From: Gloeobacterales cyanobacterium
Lineage (GTDB): Bacteria > Cyanobacteriota > Cyanobacteriia > Gloeobacterales > PMM-0068
Reading direction: 5' to 3'
Length of the DNA: 64,000 bases
Assembly (NCBI GenBank): GCA_038245785.1
Contig: JBBRSB010000010.1
Span: 32,001-96,000, forward strand
In this document: piece by piece, positions 31,472-41,266 of the stretch
How the letters are laid out: each line of letters starts with the position of its first letter
How positions within the stretch are numbered: the first letter of the stretch is position 1
Made by a program: the position numbers and the translations under genes
The notes under the pieces: model-generated
Told to the model about the DNA's origin: nothing
The model's input: only the letters and a program-made list of their open reading frames with translations
The model's database searches: none

Positions 31472-31621
31472 CACAACTCAGCATTCCCGCAACCTTTTGC
31501 CGCAAGAGTTTTGTGCTTTATGCAGACTAGGGATCAATAGGAATTCGCGCTATTTTCTTTACAAAAATTTACCAGAGGGTGATGATTGTAAGTAGAGAAG
31601 TCTATTTATCAAAAAGGACCT

Positions 31622-32020
31622 ATGAAAAACGCAGATTCTCCTGACACCTCAGAATCCTCTTCTGCTCCTCTTCCCCGCAATGAAGAATCGATTTTCCAGG
31701 CTCCTGCTCCTACACTTCAGACGTTCACCGTCCGCTATCCAGACCGAAATATGGAAGCTCCTGTTCAAGAAGGAGAGGCTCTACGGGATGCGATTCGTGA
31801 GCATGGGGTCCCTTTGTATACGTTTATCAATAACCTCCGCAACTGTAACGGGGGTGGCCAATGCGGTACCTGTTTTGTAGAAGTTTTAGAGGGTATGGAC
31901 AATCTCTCACCGCGCACCATTGCCGAGCAACGCCTCCTTAAGCGTCGTTCTGAAAATTGCCGTTTATCTTGTCAAGCGCTGATTTACGGAGATGTTGCTA
32001 TCCGGACACAGCCTAAGTAA
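31622..32020 (+). CDS. 2Fe-2S ferredoxin-like protein
   Basis: NCNGGGQCGTC..RLSCQ. Confidence 0.9.
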   Translation: MKNADSPDTSESSSAPLPRNEESIFQAPAPTLQTFTVRYPDRNMEAPVQEGEALRDAIREHGVPLYTFINNLRNCNGGGQCGTCFVEVLEGMDNLSPRTIAEQRLLKRRSENCRLSCQALIYGDVAIRTQPK

Positions 32021-32090
32021 GGTCTAGAGGGCTCAGGAGACCTCAGGGATGGTATCCTGTGTAGCGATGTGGTCTTAGGGGGTCTGTTTG

Positions 32091-32186
32091 ATGAATGCTA
32101 TTCCACTATTGGCAGTCGTCTTGCTTATTGTTATTCCGGTTGCTTTCCTTCTGGTTATCTGGCTACAAAGCGATAACCGTCGCTAG
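32091..32186 (+). CDS. psbM: Divergent photosystem II PsbM (not in the ORF track)
   Basis: MNAIPLLAVVLLIVIPVAFLLVIWLQSDNRR aligns to the PsbM pattern A..LF..VP..FL.I.Y.QT, and sits in the psbM-ferredoxin-psbB context I recall from other cyanobacteria. Confidence 0.78.
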   Translation: MNAIPLLAVVLLIVIPVAFLLVIWLQSDNRR

Positions 32187-32213
32187 AAAAATTTTGAAGC
32201 TGTATGCAAAACA

Positions 32214-32240
32214 AAAAAACGGTCTGAAAGGCCGTTTTTT
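32214..32240. terminator. Bidirectional terminator between psbM and psbJ
   Basis: AAAAAACGGTCT-GAA-AGGCCGTTTTTT. Confidence 0.8.
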
Positions 32241-32282
32241 CATATCTATGTTTGCGGTGACTTATGGCGGATCTGGCCTTAC

Positions 32283-32393
32283 CTAGGCGGAACCGACCCC
32301 TACATAAGAACCGTAGATAAATATGCCAAGGATGGTTAGCACAGCCACCCCAGCAACAGTACCCAACAACCACAACGGAATACGGTCTGGCAT
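32283..32393 (-). CDS. psbJ: Photosystem II PsbJ (not in the ORF track)
   Basis: [36 protein letters not shown]. Confidence 0.96.
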   Translation of the reverse strand: MPDRIPLWLLGTVAGVAVLTILGIFIYGSYVGVGSA

Positions 32394-32407
32394 TTCCTTA
32401 AGCGCTC

Positions 32408-32545
32408 CTAACCGAGAATGTAACTAGAAAACAACAACGTTACTACTAAAACGAGAAGCAGACCCCAGTACAGAGAGGTCCGGTTTAGCTCTACCTTTGG
32501 ACGATTGGGTACAGAGCTAGGTACATTAGAACGACGGTCAGCCAC
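32408..32545 (-). CDS. psbL: Photosystem II PsbL (not in the ORF track)
   Basis: GTG start; ..[33 protein letters not shown]. Confidence 0.95.
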   Translation of the reverse strand: MADRRSNVPSSVPNRPKVELNRTSLYWGLLLVLVVTLLFSSYILG

Positions 32546-32554
32546 GGATATCAC

Positions 32555-32707
32555 CTATTTTTGAAGAAACTGCATAGCGGTCAAAGCCCCAAAGAAGAAT
32601 ACCGTAGGAATGGCTAGGGCATGAATAGAAAACCAACGCACTGTAAACACAGGATAAGTTACAGGCTGCACATTCTTACGTTTTTGGGATGGATTGGAAG
32701 AGGTCAT
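32555..32707 (-). CDS. psbF: Cytochrome b559 beta subunit (not in the ORF track)
   Basis: ..[37 protein letters not shown]. Confidence 0.97.
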   Translation of the reverse strand: MTSSNPSQKRKNVQPVTYPVFTVRWFSIHALAIPTVFFFGALTAMQFLQK

Positions 32708-32750
32708 ACTTTTTGCTCCTTGTTTGAACTGCGCTTGAACTACGCCCTAA

Positions 32751-33002
32751 TTATTTCTTTTCGACAGACTCGATTTGCTTAGCACCTTCGTAGCGCTTAT
32801 CTACGATCGGCTTACGCTCTCCATCCTTGGTGTAGTACTCACTAGGACGGGGGGTACCAAAAGCATCATAAGCAAGACCAGTCGTCACAAAAAGGACGCC
32901 GCTGGCAAAAAGAATGGCTAAGGCTGGGACGTGGATCAACCAATACCGCGTACTGGTGACAATGTCACTCAAAGGACGCTCGCCCGTACTACGTGTGGAC
33001 AT
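32751..33002 (-). CDS. psbE: Cytochrome b559 alpha subunit
   Basis: STGERPLSDIVTSTRYWLIH..GLAYDAFGTPRP. Confidence 0.97.
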   Translation of the reverse strand: MSTRSTGERPLSDIVTSTRYWLIHVPALAILFASGVLFVTTGLAYDAFGTPRPSEYYTKDGERKPIVDKRYEGAKQIESVEKK

Positions 33003-33111
33003 AGAAGACTACCTCTCTACCCTTAGATGAATGCTAAATAACTGCGTATTATAAAGCTCACACAGCTTAACACAATGATATAGACCGTTCATAAACGGTG
33101 CAATACCTTTT

Positions 33112-34173
33112 TTAGCTCGGTTGAATTTGACTCTGGTAGTGCAGCAGAGCGCCATTCTGTCCAAGGACGATACCCGCCTTTTTATCAGGACTGAAAATAA
33201 TGCGATAGAGGTTGCGTTTTAGCTCTAGGGGAGCACTCTTCCAGGTTGCACCCGAGTCTAGGGAAACATAAAGCGTTCCATTGCCGCCTGCTGCCCAAAG
33301 TGTTTTATCGTCTACATAAGCAACGTCTTGGAGCGTAACACCACTAGCCGAGTCCGGAGTTACAGAACGGTCCCAGGTTTTCCCTGCATCTTTACTGAAC
33401 TGAATATTGCCCCCTTGAATTACAACCCATCCGTTGGTAGGAGAGACAAAGCCTAGATTTTCAATTCGACGAGACGTTTTGCGTTCAAAGAACTGCCATT
33501 TGTCCTGCCCAGGCTTCCATTGAGCGTAGGAAACTCCTCGTGTAGACACCGCCCAATACGTCCCATCCGCTAAACGCTGCACACTCTTTATGCCCCCGGC
33601 GTTGGACGGAGTGTAGAGCTGCCAGCTCTTTCCGGCATCCTGGGTCCGATAGACAACGCCTACATCAGTAAACATCTCTGCGGTCTTAGGTGCTGTGGCC
33701 GTAATCAGTAAAGGGCTACCGGGTAAACGTTTGTTTAGCGCAATTTGGAACCAAGTTTTACCACCATCTGTGGTGTGCATGAGAATTCTGGGGTTGCCGA
33801 CTATCCAGCCTTCCTGCGCTCCAGCAAAACTAATCGATAAAAATCGAGGTTGTATCGATTCAGCTTTTGTCTCTCCAGCTCCACCCTCTTCTTTTGGGGT
33901 TGTATCTTTAGCTTTAGGAATCGAAATTTGCTTTGACTTCCAAGTTTTGCCACCATCTTCTGTCTGAAGAACCGTACCCTTGGCACCTACGACCCAGGCC
34001 GTCTTACTGTCCAGAAATTGGCCATCAATCAGATCCGCATCTAACTTCAAATTAGAAACCGGAGTCCAGGGGTTCTTCTCTAAGGTTGGAGCGAAGCTAC
34101 AGGAAGCCAGGACTAGGGAACTCAACACAACCACAGCCCCACTACGGAAGGCTTCGAATGGACGAATACACAT
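33112..34173 (-). CDS. ycf48: PSII assembly factor Ycf48/Hcf136 (lipoprotein)
   Basis: LASC lipobox, repeated TxDGGKTW motifs and LPGSP; lies between rubA and psbE. Confidence 0.93.
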   Translation of the reverse strand: MCIRPFEAFRSGAVVVLSSLVLASCSFAPTLEKNPWTPVSNLKLDADLIDGQFLDSKTAWVVGAKGTVLQTEDGGKTWKSKQISIPKAKDTTPKEEGGAGETKAESIQPRFLSISFAGAQEGWIVGNPRILMHTTDGGKTWFQIALNKRLPGSPLLITATAPKTAEMFTDVGVVYRTQDAGKSWQLYTPSNAGGIKSVQRLADGTYWAVSTRGVSYAQWKPGQDKWQFFERKTSRRIENLGFVSPTNGWVVIQGGNIQFSKDAGKTWDRSVTPDSASGVTLQDVAYVDDKTLWAAGGNGTLYVSLDSGATWKSAPLELKRNLYRIIFSPDKKAGIVLGQNGALLHYQSQIQPS

Positions 34174-34176
34174 AGC

Positions 34177-34512
34177 CTAATTTCCCCAGAGATAAATGCT
34201 CATCAAAAATAAAATGCCTAAGAATAGTCCCCCAAAGATGACAAGGCTTCTAGTTTGGCCTGACACCTTATTGAGGCCCAAACCATAGCCTGCATTTTCA
34301 GTGAAGCCCACGGTGTTGCCTTCTCTAGGACCGATATTGCCAAATTTAGAAACTGGGGCGCGACAGTTTGGGCATCGCCAATCGGAAGGTAGCTGGGCGA
34401 AAGGAGTCCCTGGGACGATATTACCTTTCCTGTCCCCTTCTGAGGGCTCATACACATAGCCGCAGGTGCGACATTCGTGTCGGTCTAGCTGTGCTGCATC
34501 AGGCGCACTCAT
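34177..34512 (-). CDS. rubA: Membrane-anchored rubredoxin
   Basis: CRTCGYVYEP..WRCPNC plus a C-terminal TM helix. Confidence 0.95.
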   Translation of the reverse strand: MSAPDAAQLDRHECRTCGYVYEPSEGDRKGNIVPGTPFAQLPSDWRCPNCRAPVSKFGNIGPREGNTVGFTENAGYGLGLNKVSGQTRSLVIFGGLFLGILFLMSIYLWGN

Positions 34513-34570
34513 AGAAATCTTCTTGAAGAATCTTTACATTTCATATATCCACTTTAGGATATTACGGGGC

Positions 34571-35335
34571 CTATGGAGTAGGCTTCTTCTCCCAGGTGTG
34601 CTCAGACCGTGGAGAACGAATACCACCAGGGCTACTAGGACCACTGGGACGCTGACCTGGCCTGCCCGTAAATTTTTTCGGGGGCAATGCTGCTACAAAT
34701 CTTGCTTTAAGCAGGGATAGCTTCTCTCCTTCTCTACGCACCTCAAAATCCCAGAACTTGTTGCGTGCGTTTTCTGGAATTGCGCCTTCAATCCGCAGCT
34801 TAAAGGCTTTACCCAATTTATTTTTTTTCTTCTGCTGACGGATCTTAATCAGAGCGTAGTGCTCATCGCGGGAATAAAAGACGACTTCTCCACGAATCGA
34901 GAAAAAGCCGTCAAGTGTGCTTGCTTCAGGAGAAGCAGGAGGCTCCTCGACCACATGAAGCGTGCCTTCTGGAGACCATACCCCAATAATTTGGGCATGT
35001 AGACCTCCGGTCTCTCGGGTGCGGGGATACACCACCCATAAATATTCTTGGCTGAGGTCTAGATGGTTACGCACAAGGCTTATGACCCGACCCATAAGTA
35101 CCGCATCAACCACCACATTATCGCTAGTGGTAAGCGTACCTTGAGTAATTTTTTCCACATCTTCAGCAGGATTTTCGGGAGATTGTTCTGGGTCTTTGGG
35201 GCCTTCCTCTGCGCTATAGGGCTTATAAACTCCCCGTAGCAATCCGATAGCTCGGTGTTGGAGAGCTTCAGTCGGAACGGGAAAGGGTTGTGCAGGAGAA
35301 GTGCGTTCTGCAAAAGGAGCTTCTGGCAAAGTCAT
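34571..35335 (-). CDS. Conserved cyanobacterial hypothetical protein
   Basis: RAIGLLRGVYKP and LWVVYPRTR..LHAQIIGVW..FSIRGEV. Confidence 0.78.
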   Translation of the reverse strand: MTLPEAPFAERTSPAQPFPVPTEALQHRAIGLLRGVYKPYSAEEGPKDPEQSPENPAEDVEKITQGTLTTSDNVVVDAVLMGRVISLVRNHLDLSQEYLWVVYPRTRETGGLHAQIIGVWSPEGTLHVVEEPPASPEASTLDGFFSIRGEVVFYSRDEHYALIKIRQQKKKNKLGKAFKLRIEGAIPENARNKFWDFEVRREGEKLSLLKARFVAALPPKKFTGRPGQRPSGPSSPGGIRSPRSEHTWEKKPTP

Positions 35336-35448
35336 GAGGCTGAGATAGGGGAAATCTTCTTCTGGAGTATAGCCGTCTTTGCTTTCCTATGCCTCTCTCT
35401 AAGCGATAATGGCAGGGTGAACGGTTTTAATTATTTGGGATATGGCCT

Positions 35449-36153
35449 TTGACTAGTAAGAATCAGCAGCGCAAAACCTTTTTTACCGTAGCCATTGGCC
35501 TCATTCTTTTTGCCTTTGTCGGAGCACCTCTCATCCCCGTGGTTGTGGGATTTTTCTCCCAAGTGAATGCTCCTCCTGCTGCTTCGCAGGTTGGGGATGT
35601 GACCAAGCTTCAGCAGCAGGCACAAGGCTATGAAACGGTTCTAAAGCGAGAACCCAATAATTTGAATGCTTTGCAAAATCTTGTAGATCTGCGCTTACAG
35701 ATGGGGCAACCAGCTCAAGCAGCAGAACTTTTGGAACGAGCGCATAAACTCAATCCGGATAACCCCAACATCCTGGGGGCTCTAGCTCAGCTACGCATCC
35801 AAACGGGTCAATCGGCCCAGGCCATTGAGCTTTGGGGACGCGCACGCAAACTCAATCCAGCCGACCCTCGTTACACCCTCTCCATTGGTGACACCTATCT
35901 CAAGACCAACCAATTTGATAAAGCATCCGTGGAATACGACAAACTCCTAGCTATCTCTGAGGACTATGTTCCGGCGCTCGTCGGTAAAGGGAGCGCTTTG
36001 CAAGGCATGGGAAAAGGAAAAGAAGCCCAGGTGCAGTTTGACAAAGCGATTAAAGTGGCTCCTCCAGAGATGAAACAAAAAATTAAAGAAATTGCGCTCA
36101 AAAATGCAGCGAAGACTTCCGCTGCACCTTCAACAGCGCCCAGCAAGAAGTAG
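35449..36153 (+). CDS. TPR-repeat protein with N-terminal anchor
   Basis: Repeated TPR helices (..A.KLNP.NP..). Confidence 0.85.
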   Translation: MTSKNQQRKTFFTVAIGLILFAFVGAPLIPVVVGFFSQVNAPPAASQVGDVTKLQQQAQGYETVLKREPNNLNALQNLVDLRLQMGQPAQAAELLERAHKLNPDNPNILGALAQLRIQTGQSAQAIELWGRARKLNPADPRYTLSIGDTYLKTNQFDKASVEYDKLLAISEDYVPALVGKGSALQGMGKGKEAQVQFDKAIKVAPPEMKQKIKEIALKNAAKTSAAPSTAPSKK

Positions 36154-36154
36154 T

Positions 36155-38710
36155 TCAAATTACAAAATTTACCAGCTTTTTCGGAACCACAATTGTTTTA
36201 CGAATCGTGGCATCGACCAAGTAACGTTGTCCTGCTTCAGAAATGCGGGCTAGCTCTTCCTGTTGCTCTTTAGAAACATCAGCGGCTGTCTCAAAAGTTC
36301 CACGGGTCTTGCCATTGATCTGTACCACAATTGTCACCGTGTCAGCCACGAGCGCAGAGGAGTCAAGCATGGGCCAAGATTGGCTATGAATGCCTTGGGT
36401 GTCAGAGGTTAATTCATTCCAAAGTTCTTCCGCCAAGTGCGGAGCGAAAGGAGCCAAGAGTAACAGTAACGTTTCCAGGCCTTCCCGATAAACCCCAGAA
36501 CCACGGAGCGCTTTGGCATCGGAGAGAGCATTGGTAAGAATCATTAGTTCTGAGATGGCGGTGTTGAACTGATAATTCTCTTCCACATCTTCAGTAACTT
36601 CTTTGATGGCCGTGTGGATTGCCCGTCTGAGATTCCTCTCTGCTTTCGGGTCTGGAGCCATATGAGTCTCTGCAGCATCAACATATTCCTGCACCAAACG
36701 CCACACGCGGCTGAGGAAACGTGATTGACCCTCTACATCTGCCTCCGCCCATTCCAATTCTTTCTCCGGCGGAGCCTTGAACAGAATGAACATCCGTGCT
36801 GTGTCTGCCCCATAGGTGGCGATGACTTCATCCGGAGAAACGCCGTTGTACTTGGACTTTGACATGGTTTTGTAGGAACCGACCAAGGCTTCCCCGGTTT
36901 CGGGATCTTTGGGATCATTGGCGTCGACCTTGGCAGAGGGAATCCACTGGGCGTTGCCGCTCTTGTTCGGATTCACATAGGTCCAGCCCTGCACCATTCC
37001 TTGGGTTAACAGACGTTGGAACGGTTCATCAAAGTTCAATAGGCCACGGTCACGCAGGACTTTGGTAAAAAAGCGGGAATAGAGTAAGTGCAAAATCGCG
37101 TGTTCTATCCCTCCCACGTACTGGTCCACTGGCAGCCAATGATTGACTTGATCGGAGTCAAATGGCTTGGCTGTATTTTTGGCATCGCTGAAGCGCAGGT
37201 AATACCAGGAAGAGTCAATGAACGTATCCATAGTGTCAGTTTCTCGCTTGGCATCTCCCCCGCAGGTAGGGCAGGTCGTATAGACGAAACTTTCCACTTT
37301 TGCCAAAGAAGAACCCCCACGCCCAGAGAGTTCAAAATCTTCGGGCAAGAGCACAGGTAGCTGCTCATCCGGCACAGGCACAAGACCACAACTCGGACAG
37401 TGCACAATCGGAATCGGACATCCCCAATAGCGTTGACGAGAAATGAGCCAGTCCCGCAAACGGTACTGAATTTGCTCTTTGCCCCAACCCTGCGCTTCGG
37501 CATACGCCGTAATTTCTTTTTTCGCCTTTGGAGATTCCACGCCGTCAAAGGAACCGGAATTTATCAGAACGCCGGGGTCCGTATAGGCTGCGTCAGTCAT
37601 CGCATCTTTTTCTGGAGCCGTGACCACCGGAATGATGGGCAGACCATACTGAGTAGCAAACTGATAGTCTCGTGTGTCATGAGCAGGCACACCCATCACC
37701 GCGCCCGTTCCGTATTCAAAAAGCACGTAGTCTGCAATCCAAATCGGGATTTCTTTGCCATCGAAAGGATTAATGGCCACTCCTCCCGTGGGCACTCCTT
37801 GTTTCGGACGGTCCTCCGCCATTCGGTCTATTTCTGATTCACTGGTGACTTTTTGAACAAAGGTGTCTACCGTAGCTTTTTGGTCTGTGCTCGTGACCTG
37901 CGCGACCAAGGGATGCTCTGGAGCCAGCACGACATAACTTACGCCATAGACCGTATCAGGCCTAGTGGTATAGACAGGGATCTTCTCCGTCCTATCTTTA
38001 ATTAGAAATTCCAGGTACGCTCCTGTCGATTTTCCAATCCAGTTTTCCTGCATCACTTTGACCCGTTCAGGCCAGTGGGGGAGTTTTTGCAGATCTTGGA
38101 GCAATTCTTCGGCATAATCGGTGATTTTGAAAAACCACTGCTCTAAGGGACGTTTTTCCACCTTCGCGCCAGAACGCCAGGAGCGGCCTTCCCCATCGAC
38201 TTGTTCATTGGCCAAAACGGTCTGGTCAACAGGGTCCCAATTGACGACAGCGGCTTTACGGTATGCCAAACCAGCATCAAAGAATTCTAAAAACAGTTTT
38301 TGGGTCCAGCGATAATAATCGGGAGAACAGGTCGCCAATTCGCGGTCCCAATCATAGGAAAGTCCTAAGGGCTGAAGCTGTTTCTTCATCTGAGCCATGT
38401 TGCTATAGGTCCAGGTCCGAGGATGAATCCCCCGGTCCAAGGCAGCATTTTCTGCCGGAAGTCCAAAAGCATCCCAACCCATCGGGTGCAGCACGTTGTA
38501 CCCCTGCATCCGTCGATAGCGGGCCAACACATCCGTAATCGTATAGTTCCGCACATGGCCCATATGCAGGTCCCCAGAGGGATAGGGAAACATCGACAGG
38601 GCATAGTACTTAGGCTTGCTGGAATCTTCGCTGGCCTTGTACAGCCCTTGCTCCTCCCACTGCCTCTGCCATTTGGGTTCTATCGCTTTGGGGTTATACT
38701 TCGCGTCCAC
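36155..38710 (-). CDS. leuS: Leucyl-tRNA synthetase
   Basis: [13 protein letters not shown] (HIGH), MSKSK (KMSKS) and the editing domain [12 protein letters not shown]. Confidence 0.98.
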   Translation of the reverse strand: MDAKYNPKAIEPKWQRQWEEQGLYKASEDSSKPKYYALSMFPYPSGDLHMGHVRNYTITDVLARYRRMQGYNVLHPMGWDAFGLPAENAALDRGIHPRTWTYSNMAQMKKQLQPLGLSYDWDRELATCSPDYYRWTQKLFLEFFDAGLAYRKAAVVNWDPVDQTVLANEQVDGEGRSWRSGAKVEKRPLEQWFFKITDYAEELLQDLQKLPHWPERVKVMQENWIGKSTGAYLEFLIKDRTEKIPVYTTRPDTVYGVSYVVLAPEHPLVAQVTSTDQKATVDTFVQKVTSESEIDRMAEDRPKQGVPTGGVAINPFDGKEIPIWIADYVLFEYGTGAVMGVPAHDTRDYQFATQYGLPIIPVVTAPEKDAMTDAAYTDPGVLINSGSFDGVESPKAKKEITAYAEAQGWGKEQIQYRLRDWLISRQRYWGCPIPIVHCPSCGLVPVPDEQLPVLLPEDFELSGRGGSSLAKVESFVYTTCPTCGGDAKRETDTMDTFIDSSWYYLRFSDAKNTAKPFDSDQVNHWLPVDQYVGGIEHAILHLLYSRFFTKVLRDRGLLNFDEPFQRLLTQGMVQGWTYVNPNKSGNAQWIPSAKVDANDPKDPETGEALVGSYKTMSKSKYNGVSPDEVIATYGADTARMFILFKAPPEKELEWAEADVEGQSRFLSRVWRLVQEYVDAAETHMAPDPKAERNLRRAIHTAIKEVTEDVEENYQFNTAISELMILTNALSDAKALRGSGVYREGLETLLLLLAPFAPHLAEELWNELTSDTQGIHSQSWPMLDSSALVADTVTIVVQINGKTRGTFETAADVSKEQQEELARISEAGQRYLVDATIRKTIVVPKKLVNFVI

Positions 38711-38777
38711 GGTGATTTTCTCCTAGCCCGGTACAATAAGCCAACTGTTTACCTATTTTGTCCTAAGGACGTCCTAA

Positions 38778-39161
38778 ATGCCTGATTGGAAACCTGGAGA
38801 TCCCCTACCAGAGGCTCAGAATGCACGAATAGACTCCAAAAAATTTTACGAGTACTCGATGAATCCAGATCATCCACAAAATAAAGGTAAGTGGAAGGCA
38901 TTTGAGCAGATTGGATAGGATGTACATACTCCACAAGAGCGAAGCAACGGATCTCAAAACTTAATCGAACAACTCCGTCTAAGCCTACAGAATGTTTCAG
39001 CAAATAAAGGCAAAGATAGTACACATGGCTCTTGCTTTGAAGTTCGAGTAAAGGTTAGAGGACCAAATGAAAAGGAAGGAACCCTTGTTACCATTTGGCA
39101 AGTTGATAAAGGTACAAGTTTTCCTAAGCTGGTTACAAACTGGATTGAAGTGAGTAAGTAA
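38778..39161 (+). pseudogene. DUF6883-like putative RNase toxin interrupted by one in-frame TAG (not in the ORF track)
   Basis: MPDWKPGDPLPEAQNARIDSKKFYEYSMNPDHPQNKGKWKAFEQIG*DVHT..HGSCFEVRVKVRGPNEKEGTLVTIWQVDKGTSFPKLVTNWIEVSK; TAG at 38916-38918. Confidence 0.75.
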
Positions 39162-39170
39162 CACAAGAAA

Positions 39171-39764
39171 ATGAAAACAAAAGTCAAACCTCAAATTTAC
39201 GATGAAGTCGAGATATCTGCAGCCGTGCAAGCTAATTTCTCTGAACGTAAAATACCGAAGGGTACGGTTGGCACCATTGTGGAATGCTATGAAGATCCAG
39301 AAGGCTACGCTGTAGACCTTGCCCTTCCTAATAAGAAACTTGTTGGAGATTTTGCTTACGAAAATGTCATTCTTGAACCCAATCAATTTGAAGTCATACG
39401 TGCGGATTCAAAAGAACCATTACTGAAAAAAGTTGAAAAGCTCAACGGTACACCAAAAAGAGAAATAGCTCGTGCTCTGGGTTTTGTGTCCAAAACCAAA
39501 ACAGGCCAGGAGCGAGTAAAACTTGCTGCGTTCATGAACGCTTTGTTGAAAGCAAAGGGCGTTGAATTCGGTGTAGACTCTAAACGTGATAGACGGGGTG
39601 GACGTTCCGCCTCTTATCGTATCCAAGTCCAACAAAATGGAAACTTGTTGATAGGTGCAGCCTACACTCGTGAACTGGATCTAGAGCCTGGTACAGAGTT
39701 TGAGATTCAGCTAGGACGCAACCATATCAAGTTAGTTAAAATTCAAGGACTACACTCCAGCTAA
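39171..39764 (+). CDS. Fusion of a DUF4926-like domain and a cyanobacterial AbrB-like (cyAbrB) domain
   Basis: N-terminus YDEVEI..IPKGTVGTIVECY..EGYAVD; C-terminus REIARALGF..FMNALLKAKG..RGGRSASYRIQVQQNGNLLIGAAYT..PGTEFEIQLGRNHIKL. Confidence 0.85.
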   Translation: MKTKVKPQIYDEVEISAAVQANFSERKIPKGTVGTIVECYEDPEGYAVDLALPNKKLVGDFAYENVILEPNQFEVIRADSKEPLLKKVEKLNGTPKREIARALGFVSKTKTGQERVKLAAFMNALLKAKGVEFGVDSKRDRRGGRSASYRIQVQQNGNLLIGAAYTRELDLEPGTEFEIQLGRNHIKLVKIQGLHSS

Positions 39765-39980
39765 CGGTATAGCCCCTGTTGCTGCAATGAGTTCTGTAGC
39801 ATATCTAAGTGCTGCGGCCACTTGTTCTGCGGTCAGCTCATATTCTTGCATAACTTCTTCTCTGCTCATTCCGCCTGCGAGGGAACCGACCACCATAGCC
39901 ACAGGCATTCGGGTTCCTGTAATAACAGGGGCACCATGGTGAATAGTGGAATCTATGGTGATATCAGGTGCAATTTCCAT
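39750..39980 (-). CDS. DUF433-domain (antitoxin-like) protein
   Basis: ITID..HHGAPVITGTRMPV..GMSREEV..Y.LT.EQV.AAL.YA. Confidence 0.88.
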   Translation of the reverse strand: MEIAPDITIDSTIHHGAPVITGTRMPVAMVVGSLAGGMSREEVMQEYELTAEQVAAALRYATELIAATGAIPLAGV

Positions 39981-40038
39981 TTGTCTTAGAAGAAAGAGTC
40001 TCCCTCAATTTTCACACATGGATCGAAGAAGACGGCCC

Positions 40039-40671
40039 TTAATCACCAGCCAAGCCTTTGTGAAAAATGACGGAGAGATTATTGGCAGGCATCGGAATCA
40101 CTTGTTGAAGATGAAGATCATATTTTTGGGCAGTACTAATAACCTCTTCTAAATCACGAACTCCCCAACTTGGGTCTTGAGCACGCAGAGAAAGGTCAAA
40201 ATCTTCGTTACTGGGAACGGTGTATTCCCCCTGTTGTTTGAAGGGGCCATAGAGATAGAGCACGCCACTGTTTGGCAAGATTGATTGAGCTCCCTGAAAT
40301 AGCCCAAGACAAGCTTCCCATGGGGCAATGTGTATCATATTGATGCAGAGAATGACATCAGCATGTTTAATTTCCCAATCATCACGGGTTACGTCCAGTT
40401 GAATTGGAGAAAGAATATTGGCAGAAGGTCGCTGTTCTATCCAGCTTTCAATACTGGCTAAGTGCATTGGGTCTGGATCACTCGGTTGCCAAGTCAGTTC
40501 GGGGAAATGAGGAGCAAAAAAAGTGAGATGCTGTCCCGTTCCACTGGCAATTTCAAGCACCTGGCCCTTAGGCGGCAAAATAGTTTTCAGCACAGACAAA
40601 ATCGGCTCCCGGTTGCGTTCTGTGGCCGGAGCATCTAAGCGGGCATCGGAGGTGCCAATCTTCCAGGTCAT
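40039..40671 (-). CDS. DUF938 SAM-dependent methyltransferase
   Basis: APATERNREPIL, VLEIASGTGQH and MPANN. Confidence 0.9.
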   Translation of the reverse strand: MTWKIGTSDARLDAPATERNREPILSVLKTILPPKGQVLEIASGTGQHLTFFAPHFPELTWQPSDPDPMHLASIESWIEQRPSANILSPIQLDVTRDDWEIKHADVILCINMIHIAPWEACLGLFQGAQSILPNSGVLYLYGPFKQQGEYTVPSNEDFDLSLRAQDPSWGVRDLEEVISTAQKYDLHLQQVIPMPANNLSVIFHKGLAGD

Positions 40672-40695
40672 ATCACTTGCCTCTGTTGATTTTTA

Positions 40696-41082
40696 TTAAT
40701 TAATTAGGGGACTGCCGTGGTGATGGATCATGTACCATCGTTCTCCCATGCGCTCAAAAATATTTGTAGCCATAGACCGCGCTTTGACTCTGCGATTACC
40801 TGCCACCTGTAAAACATTTTCAACAAGGACTACGTAAGCAAGATTGCCATTGACTTCAACACGGGTCACTTCAGGCTCGATTTCCATGTAGCTAGTGTTG
40901 CGAAATATTTTCTCCCAGGAAGAATGAATTGCTTCCCAACCTTTGAGAACATCCCGTCCAGGATGAATACATAAACTCGCACTACCATGAGACCAGAGGT
41001 TACACATAGCATTCAGGTCTTTTTTCTCAAAAGCATGATAAAACGCCTGATTCAACGCCAAGACAGCCTGCTCTTCGTCCAT
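40696..41082 (-). CDS. NTF2/SnoaL-like protein
   Basis: NQAFYHAFE..CIHPG..ATNIF..HHGSP. Confidence 0.85.
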   Translation of the reverse strand: MDEEQAVLALNQAFYHAFEKKDLNAMCNLWSHGSASLCIHPGRDVLKGWEAIHSSWEKIFRNTSYMEIEPEVTRVEVNGNLAYVVLVENVLQVAGNRRVKARSMATNIFERMGERWYMIHHHGSPLIN

Positions 41083-41266
41083 AAGGTCCCTTCATCCCGC
41101 TTGAATATCAATGTGGCACATAGAAAGGCTTCAAGGCGAAGAAGAAATAGATGTGTCACTCTGTTGCAGAACTTAAAGGCCGCACACTGGATAGCGGCAA
41201 AATAGGGACGTAACATTAAAAGACCTTCTTCCTCAACAAACGTTCGCTTCGTTAAGGTTTTATTCC

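Noticed and set aside
32095..32373. ORFs 32095..32286 (+) and 32155..32373 (-)
   Set aside because: Out-of-frame overlaps of psbM and psbJ that run through a terminator.
38749..39386. Minus-strand ORFs 38749..39024, 38954..39187 and 38997..39386
   Set aside because: Shadows of the plus-strand DUF6883-like and DUF4926-cyAbrB genes.
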